This document shows positions 17,248 to 26,660 of a stretch of 64,000 nucleotides of DNA, piece by piece (position 1 is the stretch's first letter; every line of letters begins with the position of its first letter). This DNA is from Minisyncoccota bacterium (GTDB taxonomy: Bacteria; Patescibacteriota; Microgenomatia; UBA1400; PJMF01). The stretch lies in the NCBI GenBank assembly GCA_029881675.1, contig JAOUMD010000001.1, positions 2,930-66,929 on the forward strand. The letters run 5' to 3'. The translations under genes and the position numbers were made by a program. The notes beneath the pieces were generated by a model, which did no database searches, had not been told where the DNA came from, and was given only the letters and a program-made list of their open reading frames with translations.

Positions 17248-18457
17248 AGTAAAAGAAAAAAAAGTAGACAAAGTAGTCCTACTGTATTCAGGAGGACTGG
17301 ATACTTCAGTGATGCTCAAATGGCTACAAGACTCATATCAGGCCAAAGTAATTGCACTCACAATAGACATTGGCCAACAAGCTGATGATCTTGAAGAGAT
17401 CAAACAAAAAGCTCTAAATCTAGGTGCCCACAAAGCATATACGCTAGATTGTAAGGATGAGTTTGCTAATGAATATATTGCCAAAGGGATTAAAGCTAAC
17501 GCTTCATACCAAGGTCAGTATCACTTAAGCACTCCAATCGGCAGACCTTTACTTGCAAAAAAAGCAGTAGAAATTGCAAAGAAAGAAGGAGCTCTAGTTA
17601 TTGCCCATGGCTGTACTGGAAAGGGAAATGACCAGGTCAGAATTGAGTCATCAATTCTTTGTTATGACTCTTCCATGAAGATCATTGCCCCTGTAAGAGA
17701 GTGGGCGATGGGTAGAGATGAGGAGTTAAAGTATGCAAAGAAACATAATATTCCAACTCCTCAAGCTCAACAAGGAGTCTCATATTCCTGGGATGACAAC
17801 ATGTGGGGAGTCACTGGAGAAGGTGGGGAAATAGAAGATCCTAAACTTGAACCAAATTATGAAAAAATTCTTCAGGTATGCAAGATTCCAGAAAAGGCAT
17901 CAAGTAAAGCAGAGTACCTTGAGATTACTTTTGATAAAGGGGTTCCTACTCATTTAAACAATAAAAAGGAAAAACTATCTAATTTAATTATTAAGTTAAA
18001 TAAAATAGGTGGTAAACATGGAGTAGGAATTACAACCTTAATTGAAGATAGATTGGTTGGTCTTAAAGTCAGAGGAGTTTATGAAGCCCCTGGTGCTGCC
18101 ATTATTACCAAAGCACATTATGACTTAGAAAAAATTGTCTGTACTCAAACAGAGAATGAGTTCAAAGAAATAATAGATAAAAAATGGGCTTACCTTTGTT
18201 ACTCAGCTAAATGGTTAGAACCAACCATGAGCCATCTCAATAGCTATATTGAGTCAGTTAGTAAAAAGGTAACTGGGGTAGTAAAACTGAAGTTATTCAA
18301 AGGAAACATTACCATTGTTTCAGTAAGTTCACCAAACTCTCTCTTTGATGCTGATTTAGCTACCTTTGATAAGAATAGTAAGTTCAATCAAAACTCTAGT
18401 GCAGGGTTTATTGAGATCTATTCATTAGCGATGAAGACGGCTAATTTGAAGAAGTAG
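17207..18457 (+). CDS. argG: Argininosuccinate synthase
   Basis: 'KVVLLYSGGLDTSVMLKWL' PP-loop and 'VIAHGCTGKGNDQVR' signature. Overlaps the argH 3' end by 41 nt. Confidence 0.9.
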   Translation: MKKITQYIKVASHEVKEKKVDKVVLLYSGGLDTSVMLKWLQDSYQAKVIALTIDIGQQADDLEEIKQKALNLGAHKAYTLDCKDEFANEYIAKGIKANASYQGQYHLSTPIGRPLLAKKAVEIAKKEGALVIAHGCTGKGNDQVRIESSILCYDSSMKIIAPVREWAMGRDEELKYAKKHNIPTPQAQQGVSYSWDDNMWGVTGEGGEIEDPKLEPNYEKILQVCKIPEKASSKAEYLEITFDKGVPTHLNNKKEKLSNLIIKLNKIGGKHGVGITTLIEDRLVGLKVRGVYEAPGAAIITKAHYDLEKIVCTQTENEFKEIIDKKWAYLCYSAKWLEPTMSHLNSYIESVSKKVTGVVKLKLFKGNITIVSVSSPNSLFDADLATFDKNSKFNQNSSAGFIEIYSLAMKTANLKK

Positions 18458-18472
18458 TTAAAAATAGTTACT

Positions 18473-18502
18473 AAAAAGCCCCTATTTAATAGGGGCTTTT
18501 TG
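18473..18502 (+). terminator. Rho-independent terminator after argG
   Basis: AGCCCCUAUUUAAUAGGGGCU hairpin followed by UUUUUG. Confidence 0.7.
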
Positions 18503-18637
18503 TAATGCACATTGATTAAATATCTACTTGATAATAAAATATCAATTAGAATGAACAAATATTTATTAACTACTGGTAATTCAATTATTATCCGCCTAAG
18601 GTGGAGTATTTGATTTAGTTAAAATAATTTAAGATCA

Positions 18638-18662
18638 GAGCCCCGCCTTAGGCGGGTTTTTT
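18638..18662 (+). terminator. Second intrinsic terminator (CCCGCC-UUA-GGCGGG + U6), possibly bidirectional
   Basis: GC-rich palindromic hairpin followed by TTTTTT. A partner hairpin CCGCCUAAGGUGG lies at 18592-18604. Confidence 0.55.
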
Positions 18663-18707
18663 AATTCCCAAAAATTATAAAAAATATAAATCTAATATCT
18701 AATTACT

Positions 18708-20336
18708 ATGGCAAAAAAATTATCAAAACAAACACAGCAAGAAAAAGAATTTCTTGAAAAACTATTTAATGAATCTACAAAAAAAGTAACCTCACAATAC
18801 CTGAAGTTTAGTAAAACTACAGTATCAGAAGCTAAAGACTTTGAGCTTCTAGAACCTCTTTTTCTATTACAAAAAGAAAACTTCTTTAATGGGCTTAGTG
18901 ATTCACTAAACCTTGCAAAAAATGCTCAATCTAAAACACGATTGGAAACTAAAAGAATCTCATACCATAACAAAGAAATGAAAAAGTTTTTAGTTATGTT
19001 GGAAAACACATTTCCTCAAGCTGGAAATATTTGGGTTCTAAATGGTTTAGTTTTCAAAAGACAAGTGGCAGGGCTAAAAGATCTAACTGGCTTTAATAAT
19101 AAAGAAGGACTAATCATAGATGTACTTAACTCAGCAGCATCATTGTCATTAGGAGCTCAAAACCCATGGCTGACAAAAATGGATTATTTAGAAGACCTAT
19201 TGGAAGTTAGGGATAATATTTGTGCTGCCTATCATCCAGGAGTTAGACAAGTTTTTACGCTAAAAAAATTAGCAAACCTCTACCCAAATAAAAATGTTAA
19301 AGATGTTGTTGTGCATACAGAATCATCGGGGAGTGTTGTTGATTCAATTGCGATTGAGTCAGCTTCAGCCTTTGCAGAAAAACAATTAGGAAATGTTAAC
19401 AACAAAGTACTTGCAGTAAATGGAACTTGGGCTGGTGGCTATGGATCAGCCAGAGAAGGATCAGGCTTTGGAGTAGACAATCAGCAAGTTAAGAAAGCTG
19501 GAAAGAATACCTGGGTTGACCGTTGCTTACCTGCTCCTATTAAGAAAAATAGAAAGATATTCCTGGACCTACTAAAAGAAAAACTTTCTAATCAAAAAGT
19601 AGCTGGTATTTATTTAGAACCAGATGTTGTGGGTGATTTAGGTCTCTTCTCAGTTGACAAACAACTATTAGAAGCTGTTAAAAAACTAATGCTCAAACAC
19701 AATCTACCAATCATTTTAGATTGTGTGCAACAACTTGGCAGATCTGGTAGTTACTGGGGAGAGAACGTTGATCAAGTATTTAATGATTACCCACTATTGA
19801 TCTTAACTACTGCAAAATCAGCTTCAAATGGACAACCATTTGGCTTTGTCTTAATGCCAAAAGAAATCGGAGATTGTGCATATCCAGTCAGTCAAATTAC
19901 TACTAACCAGATGAATGGACCGTTATTAAGATCATTAGTCGTTGCTGAAATCTTATCTAACAAACTATTTCAAAAATGGCTACAAAAAAAATCTAAAGAT
20001 ATAGAAAAAGTAGCTCTTAAGTATGGTTTTCAAAAGAATAATTTAGGTCTTAGAGGCAAATACTTAAACAGGGGTATTTACGTTGGGAATAACGATCTAG
20101 TTAAGCTAGTTCAATTAACTCTTTTTATAGAAGATGGCATTCTTGTTGGGGCAACCCCCAATAGCATTAGATATCAACCAATGCTATTGGAATATAGTGA
20201 AACTAATCTTTATGTAGCAGAAACAATCTTTAGAAAAGTAAAACTAGTTAAAGAAGGTAAAGTATCATCAGAAGTAGAAAGTATTTATAAAAAGATGAAT
20301 AATACTGTTTCTGGATTGGCTAGGGATAATATCTAA
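18708..20336 (+). CDS. Class-III (PLP) aminotransferase-like protein with about 150-aa N-terminal extension (ArgD/GabT-like?)
   Basis: 'ILDCVQQLGRSGSYWGE' resembles the class-III motif D-E-V-Q-x-G-f-G-R-T-G, and 'LTTAKSASNGQPFG' sits where the PLP-Lys lies. Placed in an arginine-gene context. Confidence 0.45.
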   Translation: MAKKLSKQTQQEKEFLEKLFNESTKKVTSQYLKFSKTTVSEAKDFELLEPLFLLQKENFFNGLSDSLNLAKNAQSKTRLETKRISYHNKEMKKFLVMLENTFPQAGNIWVLNGLVFKRQVAGLKDLTGFNNKEGLIIDVLNSAASLSLGAQNPWLTKMDYLEDLLEVRDNICAAYHPGVRQVFTLKKLANLYPNKNVKDVVVHTESSGSVVDSIAIESASAFAEKQLGNVNNKVLAVNGTWAGGYGSAREGSGFGVDNQQVKKAGKNTWVDRCLPAPIKKNRKIFLDLLKEKLSNQKVAGIYLEPDVVGDLGLFSVDKQLLEAVKKLMLKHNLPIILDCVQQLGRSGSYWGENVDQVFNDYPLLILTTAKSASNGQPFGFVLMPKEIGDCAYPVSQITTNQMNGPLLRSLVVAEILSNKLFQKWLQKKSKDIEKVALKYGFQKNNLGLRGKYLNRGIYVGNNDLVKLVQLTLFIEDGILVGATPNSIRYQPMLLEYSETNLYVAETIFRKVKLVKEGKVSSEVESIYKKMNNTVSGLARDNI

Positions 20337-20346
20337 ATGAACTTAT

Positions 20347-21864
20347 TTACCCAATACTTCTTCTTAAAACAGATGCTAACTTTACTTCATAAGTAACATC
20401 AATTTTGTTTTCTAACTTAGTACCAACTAAGCTTGATAGCTTTAAATGTTCTAATTGATATGATGTGGTTGGTTGGAGAGTCTTACCCAAATACTCTTCA
20501 ACCAGCTGAACATCTCCCATTACTTGAGACCATCCTAAATTCTTCTGAGCCAGTTGAGATAAGTTTTTCTTATTTAAATACTTACCAGCAAATGATAAAT
20601 CATCTTTAAAATATAAGTAATATTTTTCAAGAATAGGTAATAATCCTTTTTCTCCAATTTCACGAATCCCTCTTCCAGTTCCTATAAACTCAGGAGGTAT
20701 CCCTAATGAATAAAGAGAACCAGTAAAACCAATTGCTCTTGGAAGAGATTTCTCTCCCATTGTTCTTGAATATCCTAGTAAACCAGTTTGATTAAACCTT
20801 TCTCTTCTTTTAGGAATTGAACTAGCAACTATGTTAATTTCATCAGCTAGATAAGTTAAGCTTTCTTGATAATATTTTTTAAATATTTCAATAATTTGAA
20901 TCATTTTCTTCTCATCCTTAGCTGGAATTTTAACCGCCTTTCTTTTAGGAAGTGTTCTTTCAAGATAACTAACGGCTTTCTTAACTTTGTTTTCACTGAA
21001 ATCATACCTAAAAGCACTCTGAAGAAGAACAGTTCTAACTCCAGAGTATTCTTTTGAAAATTCTTCAACTCTATCTGGACTAAGACCTCCTCTGAATGGT
21101 AGTAAGCCTGGCCCTAGAATAGGATAGATATCAATGCCCATCTTTTTCTCAAGGGAAGAATAGCGAGATAATGCAATCTTTGTAGCCAAAACAGAACTTA
21201 CTAGCCCGGCAGTTAAAGCAGGGTCAGAACGAGCAATTAGAGGTCTTATATAAGTAGGTTTAGATCCAAACTTTTCTGATAACAAATTAAAATATTCTTC
21301 TATCATTTGATCAGAATTAATAATAATATCAACATCTTCAATTAAAGGGATAAGCTCGATGTTTTTCAAAGTATCTTTTGTATGTAATAACTTATGCTGC
21401 AAAGAACTTAACTCATGAAACGCGTCATGAACACTAATCATTTCCTGAGCTGATTGAACCATAGGAAGGATTAACTCAAATAATGGTTTTGAATGTAAGC
21501 CTGCTTTTTTAGTAATGTTTGCAGCACTAAATAGAGCCATTAATGATCGCCCTAATCTAAATTCATTCTCTGATTTGATATCAGGTATTCTGAAAGTTAA
21601 AAATAAATCCTTTCCTAGCTGATTCTTTCTAAAGAACTCAGGGTACTCTCCAAGTAACTTCTCAATCACAGCTTCGTCTACAAGCTTCCCCTCCCAATCC
21701 CACATACATTCTGAAATACCTATTTGAGAATATGCTAGATATGATTCTTTAATTTCATCAGCCGTACTAATAAATTCATTCTTTTGAAAAAATGGCGACT
21801 TAGAATGGTCTGGATGTTGTGTTGCCATTGTGGCTGGTATTTTACGTTTATACATATTGAACAA
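20347..21864 (-). CDS. Phosphoenolpyruvate carboxylase, archaeal-type (PpcA-like)
   Basis: About 505 aa. N-terminal 'KIPATMATQHPDH' matches the conserved TQHPD start of archaeal-type PEPC, and the size fits atPEPC. No other family fits as well. Confidence 0.5.
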   Translation of the reverse strand: MFNMYKRKIPATMATQHPDHSKSPFFQKNEFISTADEIKESYLAYSQIGISECMWDWEGKLVDEAVIEKLLGEYPEFFRKNQLGKDLFLTFRIPDIKSENEFRLGRSLMALFSAANITKKAGLHSKPLFELILPMVQSAQEMISVHDAFHELSSLQHKLLHTKDTLKNIELIPLIEDVDIIINSDQMIEEYFNLLSEKFGSKPTYIRPLIARSDPALTAGLVSSVLATKIALSRYSSLEKKMGIDIYPILGPGLLPFRGGLSPDRVEEFSKEYSGVRTVLLQSAFRYDFSENKVKKAVSYLERTLPKRKAVKIPAKDEKKMIQIIEIFKKYYQESLTYLADEINIVASSIPKRRERFNQTGLLGYSRTMGEKSLPRAIGFTGSLYSLGIPPEFIGTGRGIREIGEKGLLPILEKYYLYFKDDLSFAGKYLNKKNLSQLAQKNLGWSQVMGDVQLVEEYLGKTLQPTTSYQLEHLKLSSLVGTKLENKIDVTYEVKLASVLRRSIG

Positions 21865-23014
21865 ACCTCCTTATCCTTTTCATTGCTTCTTCTAATTCTG
21901 GCAATGAAGCTGCAAAACTTAATCTAAAGTAACCAGGGGCCATGAAAGCTTCTCCTGGTACAACCGCAACATTTTCTTTTGATAAAAGCTCCTGGCACCA
22001 ATCTTGAGAAGTTTTATATCTATCTCCCAACAGATTTGAAATATTTACAAAGAAATAGAAAGCACCTTGTGGTTCTACAAACGAAACTTCAGTAATTTTA
22101 TTTAATTCATTAATCAAATATGATCTTCTCTTAGCCAAAGATTGGACTGTTTTGATCACAGATTCTTGTTTTCCATTCAAAGCCTCAAGAGCTGCATATT
22201 GAGATATAGATGAAGTGTTAGAAGTGGTTTGACTTTGTAATGAAACCATCTTCTTAATCACTTCTCTTGGACCAGTAGCATAACCAACTCTCCAGCCGGT
22301 CATAGAATATGACTTAGAAACTCCATTGATGGTAATTGTTTGTTTTGCAACCTTTGCACTTAAAGAAGCAATAGAATGATGTTTTTTACCAAACAAAATG
22401 CTTTCATATATTTCATCAGAAATAATATAAATCTCATGTTTTATAACTAACTCTGCAATTCTAGTCAATTCACTTTTACCAATTACTGCTCCAGTAGGAT
22501 TTGCAGGACTATTTAAAATAATTGCTTTCGTTCTTAGAGTAATTTTCTTTTCAATATCGCTAGAAGTTAAAACAAATGGAGAAGATAAAGAAACTAAGAC
22601 TGGTTTAGCTCCTGACAGTTTAATTTGCTCAACGTAAGTACTCCAGGTAGGAGTACCAAGTATTACTTCATCTTTAGGGTTACAAATGACTTGTAGTGCG
22701 TTAAAAATTAATTGTTTTGCACCAACTCCAACAACAACTTGCTCAGGAGTAGTAATAATTTTGTTTTGCATAGAAAATTTCTTTGCAATAACCTCTCTTA
22801 ATTCACTTATTCCTTCGGTAGCTGTGTATCTTGTTTTGTTATCTTTAATTGCTTTGATTGCAGCATTTTTAATATTTTCAGGAGTTGGAGTATCTAACTG
22901 CCCTGAAGTTAAATTAATTACAGACTGTCCATTCGCAATTAATTTTGTTACCAACGCATTTAATAATAGGGTTGGGGATGGCTCAATTTGTTGAGCACGA
23001 TATGATGTTTTCAT
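21848..23014 (-). CDS. Aspartate/aromatic aminotransferase (class I PLP aminotransferase)
   Basis: 'INLTSGQLDTPTPENIKNAA', 'YIISDEIYESILF' and 'GVSKSYSMTGWRVGYA' (the PLP-Lys region). Overlaps the PEPC start by 17 nt. Confidence 0.8.
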   Translation of the reverse strand: MKTSYRAQQIEPSPTLLLNALVTKLIANGQSVINLTSGQLDTPTPENIKNAAIKAIKDNKTRYTATEGISELREVIAKKFSMQNKIITTPEQVVVGVGAKQLIFNALQVICNPKDEVILGTPTWSTYVEQIKLSGAKPVLVSLSSPFVLTSSDIEKKITLRTKAIILNSPANPTGAVIGKSELTRIAELVIKHEIYIISDEIYESILFGKKHHSIASLSAKVAKQTITINGVSKSYSMTGWRVGYATGPREVIKKMVSLQSQTTSNTSSISQYAALEALNGKQESVIKTVQSLAKRRSYLINELNKITEVSFVEPQGAFYFFVNISNLLGDRYKTSQDWCQELLSKENVAVVPGEAFMAPGYFRLSFAASLPELEEAMKRIRRFVQYV

Positions 23015-23371
23015 ATGTTTTTGGACAAGAAAAAAATCCTGCCGCTAACCTGAATACTTTATATTCTTGGTTAGGGACAAGATTCAAAAATCTCGTGATA
23101 CCACCCTCCTTCATTTTGATGTCACCATCAAAATCTTTGTAACTACGACACAAAAGTGCTTATAGTTTTGCATATGATTACGGATGCTTCCGGCGAGGGT
23201 CTAGTTTCTTATAAATAAGATTTCTTCCTGCAGCTAAAGGGTGTTAACCCTCTCAACGCTTTTACAATGTAATATTAACTTAGTGTTAAATGAATTGCAA
23301 TATCCACATTTGTCAATTTAGATGTACATTAATATTAAACTAATCGTGAGTTTTAAGGTTAGATATTATTA

Positions 23372-24808
23372 TTAATACCTATTCCACAACACCTGATTAG
23401 TCACTTCATGATGATAAATAACCTCTGAAGTTTTAACTATAGTTCCTAAGCTCTTTGGTGATCTATCTGCTACTACCTGCTTATGACTTATATACTTACC
23501 ATGAGTGTCATCACCTAATATTTTTTTCATTAAATCACTAGACTTAAAGATTCTAATTGCATCATAAATAGTACTAGGTAAGAACCTTAGTCTATCTCTT
23601 TTGCCAGCTTCTTTCTTTAACTTAGTACCTTCTAGACCAGTCCTTAAGATTGTATAGAATGCCAAATATGGATTAATATCTGGAGCAACTGACCTAATCT
23701 CTATTCTTGCTGACTTAGCATTACCTGCAGGAATACGTATCATTGCCCCTCTATCACTTGCAGAAACTTTAATCTGGTTAGGTGCCTCAAAATTAGGATC
23801 TAATCTTCTATATGCATTTACACTAGGGTTAAGAACTAAACAAAGCTCAGGAGCATGATTTAATATTCTGTCAATAAATCCCCATGCTAATTTAGAAATC
23901 TTTTCTTTTCCTTTATCATCAAAGAATAAATTCTTCTTACCCTTAATTAAGGATATGTTAAGGTGCATACCAGAACCATTGACTCCTGCAATTGGTTTAG
24001 GTAAGAAAGTGGCTGTCATGCCCATGGTATTAGCAACCTGACGGCAAACTAATTTGTATAACAGGATATTATCCGCAGCTAATAAAGCATTACTATATGA
24101 AAAGTTTAATTCAAACTGAGAGGGAGCCACTTCTGGATGATCTTTTTCATTCATAAAACCCATTGCTCTTTGTACTTCTGCTGACCTATCTATAAACTGT
24201 CTTAATTCATCTAAAGGTAAAGAATGATAGTAACCTCCCTGTGAAGCCAATGTAAATCCAACAGCTCGATTAAAGTTCTGTTCTACATCAGTGCCTTTCA
24301 TCAAAAAGCCTTCTACTTCTGCAGAGAAATGGGGAACTACACCATCTTTTTTTGCCATCTTTACCATGAGTTCAGCAAGACTACTTCTGAAGTCAGCTGG
24401 ATGAAACTTACGATCAGGGGTAAGAATATTTGCAAACATGATAACTTTACCCGGTCCAAAAATATCTGATGGTAAATACCTAATACTGGACCAATCAACT
24501 CCCAAGCGTAGATCTGATTCATTTAAATCACTAAAGCCTTTAATTGAGGAACCATCAAAGGTCAAGTTATCTGCCCCGCCAAGAAAAAACTTTTTATCAT
24601 AATCAAGCATGTGTAAACGACCTTCTAGATCAGAGAAACACAAGGTAATGGCTTTTAGTTTAGTTTCTTTTTTAAAATACTCTCGATATTCTTTTTCTAA
24701 TAAAGCAGGGTCTATAGTTTCAGATCTTTTAATAGCGGTTAGATTTAATTCCTCTAACTTTTCATAAGATATTTCAAGAAATGGGGTTATCGTTTTATTA
24801 TTTAGCAT
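23372..24808 (-). CDS. glnA: Glutamine synthetase family protein
   Basis: Catalytic-domain motifs 'NGSGMHLNISL' and 'PKPIAGVNGSGMH', plus 'SARIEIRSVAPDINPYLAF'. 478 aa. Confidence 0.8.
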   Translation of the reverse strand: MLNNKTITPFLEISYEKLEELNLTAIKRSETIDPALLEKEYREYFKKETKLKAITLCFSDLEGRLHMLDYDKKFFLGGADNLTFDGSSIKGFSDLNESDLRLGVDWSSIRYLPSDIFGPGKVIMFANILTPDRKFHPADFRSSLAELMVKMAKKDGVVPHFSAEVEGFLMKGTDVEQNFNRAVGFTLASQGGYYHSLPLDELRQFIDRSAEVQRAMGFMNEKDHPEVAPSQFELNFSYSNALLAADNILLYKLVCRQVANTMGMTATFLPKPIAGVNGSGMHLNISLIKGKKNLFFDDKGKEKISKLAWGFIDRILNHAPELCLVLNPSVNAYRRLDPNFEAPNQIKVSASDRGAMIRIPAGNAKSARIEIRSVAPDINPYLAFYTILRTGLEGTKLKKEAGKRDRLRFLPSTIYDAIRIFKSSDLMKKILGDDTHGKYISHKQVVADRSPKSLGTIVKTSEVIYHHEVTNQVLWNRY

Positions 24809-24951
24809 AATTATTTACATATTTATTATTAATTTAGTATTAATTAATATATAAGTTAATATGATTAATGTAAATATGTTAAATTAAGTTATTGTGTCGT
24901 AATTGACTCCATTATCATTTTTTGGATATTAAAGACGTATATAATATTGTC

Positions 24952-25515
24952 ATGAAACACCTTCTACTAACATCTCCCCTCAACACTTACTACCACGTTA
25001 GACATGGCCAAACAGACCTTAATTTAGAAAAAAAGTACCAAGGAACAAGTGATTATCCTCTTAATGAAAATGGTATTAATCAAGCTGCTAGAGTTAAGTT
25101 AGATCAAGCTCCTGATCTTGTCTTTTCCTCACCATTTAAGAGATCTACAAGGACAGCTGAGATTATCACAGGTATTACACCCAACCATGATTCTAGAATT
25201 AATGAAAAAGATGGAGGAGAAATAGAAGGTTGGAGTTATGACAAAATATTTAAGAATTACCCAGAAATTAAACCAGATTTCAATAACCCTTTGGAAGATC
25301 TTCTTTCAATACACCTTCCAAGTGGTGAATCTGACTTAGATGTAATAAAAAGACTCCATCAATTTATTTATGAACTAGAAGAAACACACAAAGGTAAATG
25401 TATTTACATCTTTGGTCATTATGGGACTGGAGTAGCAATGAGATATATCTTTGGTAAAACAAAAGAAGAGATATTCAAACATGTTGAGAATTGTAATGTA
25501 GAAAAATTAAGTTAA
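24952..25515 (+). CDS. Histidine phosphatase superfamily protein (phosphoglycerate-mutase-like)
   Basis: 'YYHVRHGQTDLN' is the R-H-G catalytic motif. The ORF-track start at 24922 is a TTG, so the ATG at 24952 is preferred. Confidence 0.65.
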   Translation: MKHLLLTSPLNTYYHVRHGQTDLNLEKKYQGTSDYPLNENGINQAARVKLDQAPDLVFSSPFKRSTRTAEIITGITPNHDSRINEKDGGEIEGWSYDKIFKNYPEIKPDFNNPLEDLLSIHLPSGESDLDVIKRLHQFIYELEETHKGKCIYIFGHYGTGVAMRYIFGKTKEEIFKHVENCNVEKLS

Positions 25516-25518
25516 ATA

Positions 25519-25869
25519 ATGAAAAAATATACAAAAATAAACATTCACGATCAGAAACCAGAAACTACACACAATGGCAGTGTCAATTTAATTCGCCTTA
25601 TTCACAATGGAGAAACTAATGCAAATATAGCGACCATGAATAAAGCTTGGTTAGATAAGGGTCAACAGTTTACTCCTCATAAACACCCAGATAGTATTGA
25701 ATATTTTCTTATTACAAATGGCAGTGGAACAATGCTCATTGATGATAATTGGTTTGAGGTAAAAATAGGAGACTTTATTACTATCCCAGTTGATTCTTTA
25801 CACAGTTTAAAAAACACAAGTGACACACCACTAGAATTTATTTCTCTCAGAGGATTAATTAACAAGTAA
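25519..25869 (+). CDS. Cupin-domain protein
   Basis: 'FTPHKHPDSIEYFLITNGSGTMLIDDNWFEVKIGDFITIP' shows the cupin two-motif pattern (H-x-H...E...H). Confidence 0.6.
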   Translation: MKKYTKINIHDQKPETTHNGSVNLIRLIHNGETNANIATMNKAWLDKGQQFTPHKHPDSIEYFLITNGSGTMLIDDNWFEVKIGDFITIPVDSLHSLKNTSDTPLEFISLRGLINK

Positions 25870-25972
25870 TTATGATAAAATCAATCTAATGATCAAAACA
25901 AAGCTTCACTTTAAACTAGCTTTCTCTACCACCTCATCATTATGATGGGGTAAATAATTGTAATTAAAATAT

Positions 25973-26010
25973 AAGCCCCTATCTAAATAAATACAGATAG
26001 GGGCTTTTTA
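25973..26010 (+). terminator. Rho-independent terminator after the cupin gene
   Basis: GCCCCUAUC...GAUAGGGGC hairpin followed by UUUUU. Confidence 0.65.
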
Positions 26011-26021
26011 GTGGAATAAAT

Positions 26022-26660
26022 ATGAATAAACAAATAAATATAATCTTTGACTTTGATTCAACCTTAGTAACTATAGAAGGTATTGATGAGCTAGCTAAAT
26101 TAAAAAACAAAGAGCAAGAAGTAATAAAACTAACTAATTATGCTATGAGTGGAAAGGTTAACTTAGAAGAAGCCTTTATTAAAAGATTAGAAATAATAAA
26201 ACCAAATAAAAATGACCTTAATGTAATCTCTCAACTATATAGAGACAACATTACCAATGGAGCAAAAGAGGTAATTGATAATTTACATGACAAAGCTAAT
26301 CTCTTTATTGTTAGTGGGGGATACAAATGCTCTATGCTTCAAACCACTGATTACTTAAATATAAAAAAAGAAAATGTTTTTGCCAATCAGTTATTGTTTG
26401 ATAAAGAAGATAACTATCAATGCTTAAACGAAGAGATTCCATTATGGAAAAATAATGGTAAAGAAATAATAGTTAAACAAATACAAAAAGAAAATCCATA
26501 CAAAACTATTTTTATCGGTGATGGATACAGTGACTATGAAACTTCTAAGTGTGTTAACCAATTTATTTGCTTTGCAGGCGTAGCAAAGAGAGAAGATGTA
26601 ATGAGAAAATCAAAGAGAGTAATATATAAGTTAAGTGAGCTAAGAAAATTTTTAGATTAA
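26022..26660 (+). CDS. HAD-superfamily hydrolase, phosphoserine-phosphatase-like (subfamily IB)
   Basis: Motif I 'IIFDFDSTLV' (classic SerB-type DFDSTL) and motif IV 'GDGYSD'. Confidence 0.6.
   Translation: MNKQINIIFDFDSTLVTIEGIDELAKLKNKEQEVIKLTNYAMSGKVNLEEAFIKRLEIIKPNKNDLNVISQLYRDNITNGAKEVIDNLHDKANLFIVSGGYKCSMLQTTDYLNIKKENVFANQLLFDKEDNYQCLNEEIPLWKNNGKEIIVKQIQKENPYKTIFIGDGYSDYETSKCVNQFICFAGVAKREDVMRKSKRVIYKLSELRKFLD

Noticed and set aside
18503-18640. Considered a tRNA or tmRNA gene in the long argG-downstream spacer.
   Set aside because: No cloverleaf can be drawn. No GTTCRANYC T-loop or CCA-adjacent acceptor pairing. The sequence is AT-rich and unstructured apart from the two GC hairpins.
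24903-24945. Possible promoter TTGACT-17-ATATTA, and a TATAAT only 6 nt before the ATG at 24952 (a leaderless-mRNA idea).
   Set aside because: The -10 matches are weak or mutually inconsistent, and AT-rich background makes such hexamers frequent. Not reported as a feature.
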